In this document: piece by piece, positions 60,156 to 64,000 of the stretch
Position numbering within the stretch: position 1 is the stretch's first letter
How the letters are laid out: every line of letters begins with the position of its first letter
Assembly: GCA_963825135.1 (NCBI GenBank)
Contig: CAWGRW010000009.1
Coordinates: forward strand, 2,176,001 to 2,240,000
DNA from: an uncultured bacterium
GTDB taxonomy: Bacteria; Desulfobacterota_D; UBA1144; Nemesobacterales; UBA2774
Direction of reading: 5' to 3'
DNA: 64,000 bases
The notes under the pieces: model-generated
What the model was told of the DNA's origin: nothing
Database searches by the model: none
The model's input: the letters and a program-made list of their open reading frames with translations, nothing else
Position numbers and translations under genes: made by a program

Positions 60156-60932
60156 TCAAATCCGGAAGGTGTGATTATCTTGCTTCGAATATGTATCCGC
60201 CGGCGCAGGGTCACTGTCGACAGCCGAGCATACAGCATTACCATGAACCGTTCCCCGGAGCGGTATCACATGGATTGCGAAATTGGCGAGCCCGACCAGT
60301 ATCAAAATAATCCCCGCTATGATGCTCAGTTTCCTGGGCGCTAAACCGATTGATCTCTTGTAGAAAAAGGGGAGGAAGGACAACGCCGGCACCGTCCCGA
60401 GCCAGAAGATTAAAAGCACCGCGCCCCCGTACAAAGGATTCTTCGTCGCGACCGAGCCGATCACGAATATGTAGACCCATCCGCATGGTATGAACCCGTT
60501 GACGAGACCGAGCGTGAGCGCAGCAAGGGGTTTCTTCTGGGTGAGAGACCATCGGGCCGGAATTGTCAGCAGGGAAGTGACGAGCCTGTCGGGTATGAGC
60601 TCAAGACGCCTGCCTCTCACGAGGTTGAGGCCCGCATATATGAGGAATAGAGACAGGAGGATTAGTGAGGCCCTCGAAATAAGCGGGTAGTTATTGCTCA
60701 GGAATTTTTCTCCCAGCAGTCCCGCCAATACCCCGAGTGAGAGGTAGCTTGCCAGCCTGCCCAGATGGTAGAGCGGGAGGTACCCGATCCTGCTGTGCAC
60801 GGTTATCGCGATAGGGCCGCACATGGCGGCGCAGTGCGAGCTGCCGACCAGGCTCGCGATAAACACCCCGACGGGCACGGACAGGTACGACCAGCGGCCT
60901 ATTATCTCGCTAAATTGACTTAGGTCCGACAA
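60156..60932 (-). CDS. cbb3-associated DsbD_2/TauE-like membrane protein
   Basis: SHCAAMCGP, YHLGR..SY, GFIPCGWVY, FWLGTVP. Confidence 0.85.
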   Translation of the reverse strand: MSDLSQFSEIIGRWSYLSVPVGVFIASLVGSSHCAAMCGPIAITVHSRIGYLPLYHLGRLASYLSLGVLAGLLGEKFLSNNYPLISRASLILLSLFLIYAGLNLVRGRRLELIPDRLVTSLLTIPARWSLTQKKPLAALTLGLVNGFIPCGWVYIFVIGSVATKNPLYGGAVLLIFWLGTVPALSFLPFFYKRSIGLAPRKLSIIAGIILILVGLANFAIHVIPLRGTVHGNAVCSAVDSDPAPADTYSKQDNHTFRI

Positions 60933-62337
60933 GCTGTATGTCCTCCTCCGCTTCTATCTTATTGTTCTTCTCATCTATGAAACTAAGCTTAACCGATTCC
61001 GTCCCGCTGCTCCCGGTTACGGTCTGAGGGAACTTGACGAAGAAATGAACGGTCAGGTCCTTCCCAGCTCCGAGATCGTATGATTCGCTCTGGGAGATGA
61101 TCTCGATTTTCTTCTCCTTTAATTCCTCGGGGATTATCATCTTTAGCCGGATATCGTCGAACGACTGATTCTTCATGTGCATTTTGAAATGGTTTATTAT
61201 CACTTCGCTCCCGTCCCCGTTCTTTATGATCTGAAACGGCGTGTCTTTTCCGCGAAGGATCGTAACGACTATTTCTTCTCTCCTCTGAACTGAAAATATC
61301 AACGCGCTGACGACGGCTACGAGCAGAACTACGTATATCGCGACCCTGGGCCGAAGCCATCTTGTCTTGAGTCCCTTGAGAGTCCTCCCGGTAGCGTATC
61401 TTATGAGCCCCTTTGGTTTTTCTATCTTCTCCATGACCTCGTCGCATGCGTCTATGCACGCCGTGCACCCTATGCACTCAAGCTGGAGGCCGTTCCTTAT
61501 GTCTATGCCGGTGGGGCATACGGCGACACACTTGTAGCAGCTGATGCAGTCGCCCTCGGTCTGGCCCGGCTTTACGCTCCCCTTCCTCGGCTCGCCCCTC
61601 ACGGAGTCGTACGAAACCGTGAGCGAGTCGTCGTCGAGAAGCACCGACTGGAACCTGCCGTAAGGGCATACTATTATGCAGAACTGTTCCCTGAACCACC
61701 CGAAGTCGAACAGGAACACGGCGGTAAGAAAGGCCATGATGACGAATATTGTCCAGTTCTCTCCCGGGTTGTGCCGGGTCATCTCGACGAGCCTGTCCGC
61801 ACCCACGAAATAAGCGAGAAAACTGTGGGCGATCACGAGGCTTGCTATTGTAAAAAGGGTCCAGAGGACTGAGAGCTTCAGAAATTTTCTCACGTCCCAC
61901 GGGGCCTGTGCGAGGTTCCGCTGCTGAACGTGGCTCCCGATAATCAGGTATTCGAGCCTTCTGAAGATGCCGTCTATGAACACCGTCTGCGGGCACCCCC
62001 ATCCGCACCATATCCTTCCCCATACCGCGGTCACGAACGCGAGCCCTATCGTGAGGAAAGCCAGTATAAAGAAAATCAGCGGCGCGTCGTGCGCCCAGAA
62101 GGTAAGACCGAAAATGGAGAATTTCCTCTCTCCGATATTGAGTAGCAGCGCCTGGTGTCCCCCTATCTTTATCCACGGGAGCACGAGGAAGAAGATGACG
62201 AGGAATATCTCCGTGACCGTCCTCAATTTCCGCCATAGGCCCGAAACCTGCGCCGGGAATATGAAGACCCTCTTTCCTTTTTCATCCATGGTCGCCGGAC
62301 GCTCGTCCGGGAGGTGTCTCTGATCTAGTACTTTCAT
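60910..62337 (-). CDS. ccoG: cytochrome c oxidase accessory protein CcoG
   Basis: GRIWCGWGCPQT, REQFCIIVCPYGRFQ, two ferredoxin motifs. Confidence 0.95.
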   Translation of the reverse strand: MKVLDQRHLPDERPATMDEKGKRVFIFPAQVSGLWRKLRTVTEIFLVIFFLVLPWIKIGGHQALLLNIGERKFSIFGLTFWAHDAPLIFFILAFLTIGLAFVTAVWGRIWCGWGCPQTVFIDGIFRRLEYLIIGSHVQQRNLAQAPWDVRKFLKLSVLWTLFTIASLVIAHSFLAYFVGADRLVEMTRHNPGENWTIFVIMAFLTAVFLFDFGWFREQFCIIVCPYGRFQSVLLDDDSLTVSYDSVRGEPRKGSVKPGQTEGDCISCYKCVAVCPTGIDIRNGLQLECIGCTACIDACDEVMEKIEKPKGLIRYATGRTLKGLKTRWLRPRVAIYVVLLVAVVSALIFSVQRREEIVVTILRGKDTPFQIIKNGDGSEVIINHFKMHMKNQSFDDIRLKMIIPEELKEKKIEIISQSESYDLGAGKDLTVHFFVKFPQTVTGSSGTESVKLSFIDEKNNKIEAEEDIQLVGPKSI

Positions 62338-62903
62338 CTTCGCTCTATCATCTGTCCCTGCGGCGCTTTAGCTCCGGGCGGGTTCGTGCCGTGAATGCTG
62401 TAAACGTATGCCGCTACGTCTTCCTCCAGGTCGGCCGGTATAACCCCTTTCCACTGGGGCATCCCCTTGTCCGGTACCCCTGAGTTCATTACTGTAAGTA
62501 TAGCAGGAATAGACCCGTCGCCGTGTATCCAGTAGTCGTCCGTGAGGTTGGGGCCTATAATCCCCTGCCCCTTGTCTCCGTGGCACGGCAGACACTTGGT
62601 CAGGAACTCGGCTTTGCCCCTCGCTATCGCTTCCGGATTCGATACAAGCGCGAGATAATCTGCCTGGGTCTTCATTTCTCCGGTCTCTTCGGTCTTTTGC
62701 TGTACCGTTTTGATGGAGCTCATCTCCGACGACAGTTCCTGGTCGAGAGTCGGGCCTCCGAACAGCTGATAGTACGCGAAATAAATGACGGCGAATATCA
62801 CGGTGATGTAAAAAGTCATGAGCCACCATCCGGGGAGCGGGTTGTTCAGCTCCTGTATTCCGTCATAATCGTGGTCCTCTATCAGTTTTTCTTTATCAGG
62901 CAT
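62334..62903 (-). CDS. ccoP: cbb3-type cytochrome c oxidase subunit III (monoheme)
   Basis: HDYDGIQELNNPLPGWW, CLPCHG, GPNLTD. Confidence 0.92.
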   Translation of the reverse strand: MPDKEKLIEDHDYDGIQELNNPLPGWWLMTFYITVIFAVIYFAYYQLFGGPTLDQELSSEMSSIKTVQQKTEETGEMKTQADYLALVSNPEAIARGKAEFLTKCLPCHGDKGQGIIGPNLTDDYWIHGDGSIPAILTVMNSGVPDKGMPQWKGVIPADLEEDVAAYVYSIHGTNPPGAKAPQGQMIERR

Positions 62904-63087
62904 GGTTGTCCTCCTTTGATCTGAATCTCTCATCCTCGAGGGGAAGGCGCTCCATCTCCTCGATCTCGGCCTTCGGTTTCTTAAGCGCCCAGAGTACTAT
63001 CATTACAAAGGCCGAGAGGAACAGGACGAGGGCTATGATGATAATCTCTATGTCCGTAAAATATGAAAGTGCTATCTGGTTGATGAC
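62896..63087 (-). CDS. ccoQ: cbb3 oxidase subunit CcoQ-like peptide lacking a canonical start codon
   Basis: Hand translation (V)INQIALSYFTD-TM-KKPKAEIEEMERLPLEDE; position between ccoO and ccoP. Confidence 0.7.
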   Translation of the reverse strand, partial: VINQIALSYFTDIEIIIIALVLFLSAFVMIVLWALKKPKAEIEEMERLPLEDERFRSKEDNHA

Positions 63088-64000
63088 GTGACCCCCTGCT
63101 GGGTTGTCTTCTTACCCAGACTCTGGAGATATGCGATAATCGCTATGACTTCCGAGTCCTTGACGGACGTGAGTGAGGGGTCCTGGGAAACGAGGCCCTC
63201 GTAGATGGTTTCCGCCTGCTTCTCCGCGTTTATGTCGGCGTTTGAGACCTCCTCCCCCGTATACGGCACGCCGAGCATCTTCATGACGCTTAGCTTCTTT
63301 CTAAGAATGTTGTAATCGATCTTGTTCGAAGCAAGCCACGGGTATGACGGCATGATTGACCTGGGCGTGATTTCACGGGGGTTTATCATGTGACGGAGGT
63401 GCCACATGTCGGGGTATTTACCGCCGACCCTCGCGAGGTCCGGGCCGGTCCTTTTGGATCCCCACTGGAACGGGTGGTCGTACATGGATTCTTCGAGCGT
63501 GGAGCTGGGTCCGAACCTGAGCACGTCGAAAGGAAGCTTCCTTATCATCTGCGAATGACATACGTAGCAGCCTTCCTTGATATATATGTCCCTGCCCGCG
63601 AGCTCGAGAGAGGTGTACGGCTCTGTCTTGGCCGTTTGAGGAAGATATTTGTAGATCGCGAGCGTGGGAATGATTTCGATTATCGAGCCTGCCAGCACGG
63701 CTATCAGAAGCAGTACCGTGAAGATCGCCGATAGGGCTTCTAGTTTTCTATGACCTGTGCCGATCGGGGTAACTTCCGCTGAGCGCGCCGGCACCTCTAC
63801 CGCCATTGCCTTCTCTCCCTTCGGCGCTCTCGCGATAGTTGTCCATACGTTGTAGATGAGAAGGATGAACCCGGTCAGGAACAGGACCCCGCCCGCGAAC
63901 CTCACGTAATAGAGGGGCTGGATCCTGATCACGGTTTCGACGAAGTCAGGATAAACGAGCTGGCCGTTTTCCCCGATGGCCCTCCACATGAGGCCCTGCG
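63072..64000 (-). CDS. ccoNO: fused cbb3 oxidase subunit I/II (CcoN-CcoO), 5' part outside the window
   Basis: CcoN C-terminal helix fused to GRDIYIKEGCYVCHSQMIR, WGSKRTGPDLAR. Confidence 0.92.
   Translation of the reverse strand, partial: QGLMWRAIGENGQLVYPDFVETVIRIQPLYYVRFAGGVLFLTGFILLIYNVWTTIARAPKGEKAMAVEVPARSAEVTPIGTGHRKLEALSAIFTVLLLIAVLAGSIIEIIPTLAIYKYLPQTAKTEPYTSLELAGRDIYIKEGCYVCHSQMIRKLPFDVLRFGPSSTLEESMYDHPFQWGSKRTGPDLARVGGKYPDMWHLRHMINPREITPRSIMPSYPWLASNKIDYNILRKKLSVMKMLGVPYTGEEVSNADINAEKQAETIYEGLVSQDPSLTSVKDSEVIAIIAYLQSLGKKTTQQGVTSSTR

Overview
Bacterial chromosomal window, GC-rich host backbone. The profusion of IPTL-CTERM genes suggests Ca. Dadabacteria/Desulfobacterota-like (inference only). 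In order: (1) 1-11.7 kb, a surface-polysaccharide operon (kinase-like ORF, two methyltransferases, three GT4s, asnB-type amidotransferase, DegT aminotransferase, priming sugar transferase, CapD/PglF dehydratase). (2) 11.9-27.2 kb, an AT-richer ~15.2-kb integrated element in tRNA-Arg(TCT), bounded by a 150-bp direct repeat made of the tRNA's upstream region plus its 5' half (the mirror image of usual tRNA integration). It encodes a tyrosine integrase, an AEP/PriCT-1 replicase with an iteron-like tract, a PD-(D/E)XK nuclease, a TerS-like protein followed by a near-perfect dif-like Xer site, an SRAP-umuD-[membrane gene]-umuC cassette and IPTL-CTERM/secreted cargo, but no capsid, tail or conjugation genes, so it is a candidate phage satellite. 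(3) Four more IPTL-CTERM genes with shuffled passenger/tail modules, and heme-pathway genes (two radical SAM/SPASM paralogs, hemY) under sigma-54 promoters that share a TGTC-N9-GAC(A/G) motif. (4) An 8-gene porin-multiheme cytochrome operon (OmcA/MtrC-like decaheme to NapC/NirT; 28 heme motifs). (5) tRNA-His with two downstream 3'-end copies delimiting integrase-less islets (cNMP protein, TsdA-like cytochrome). (6) cspA-like, TauE, DUF1254, two LssY-C lipoproteins, a PAS kinase/sigma-54 regulator and the end of a cbb3 oxidase operon. Many single-base indels in homopolymer runs, concentrated in the element, may be assembly errors.
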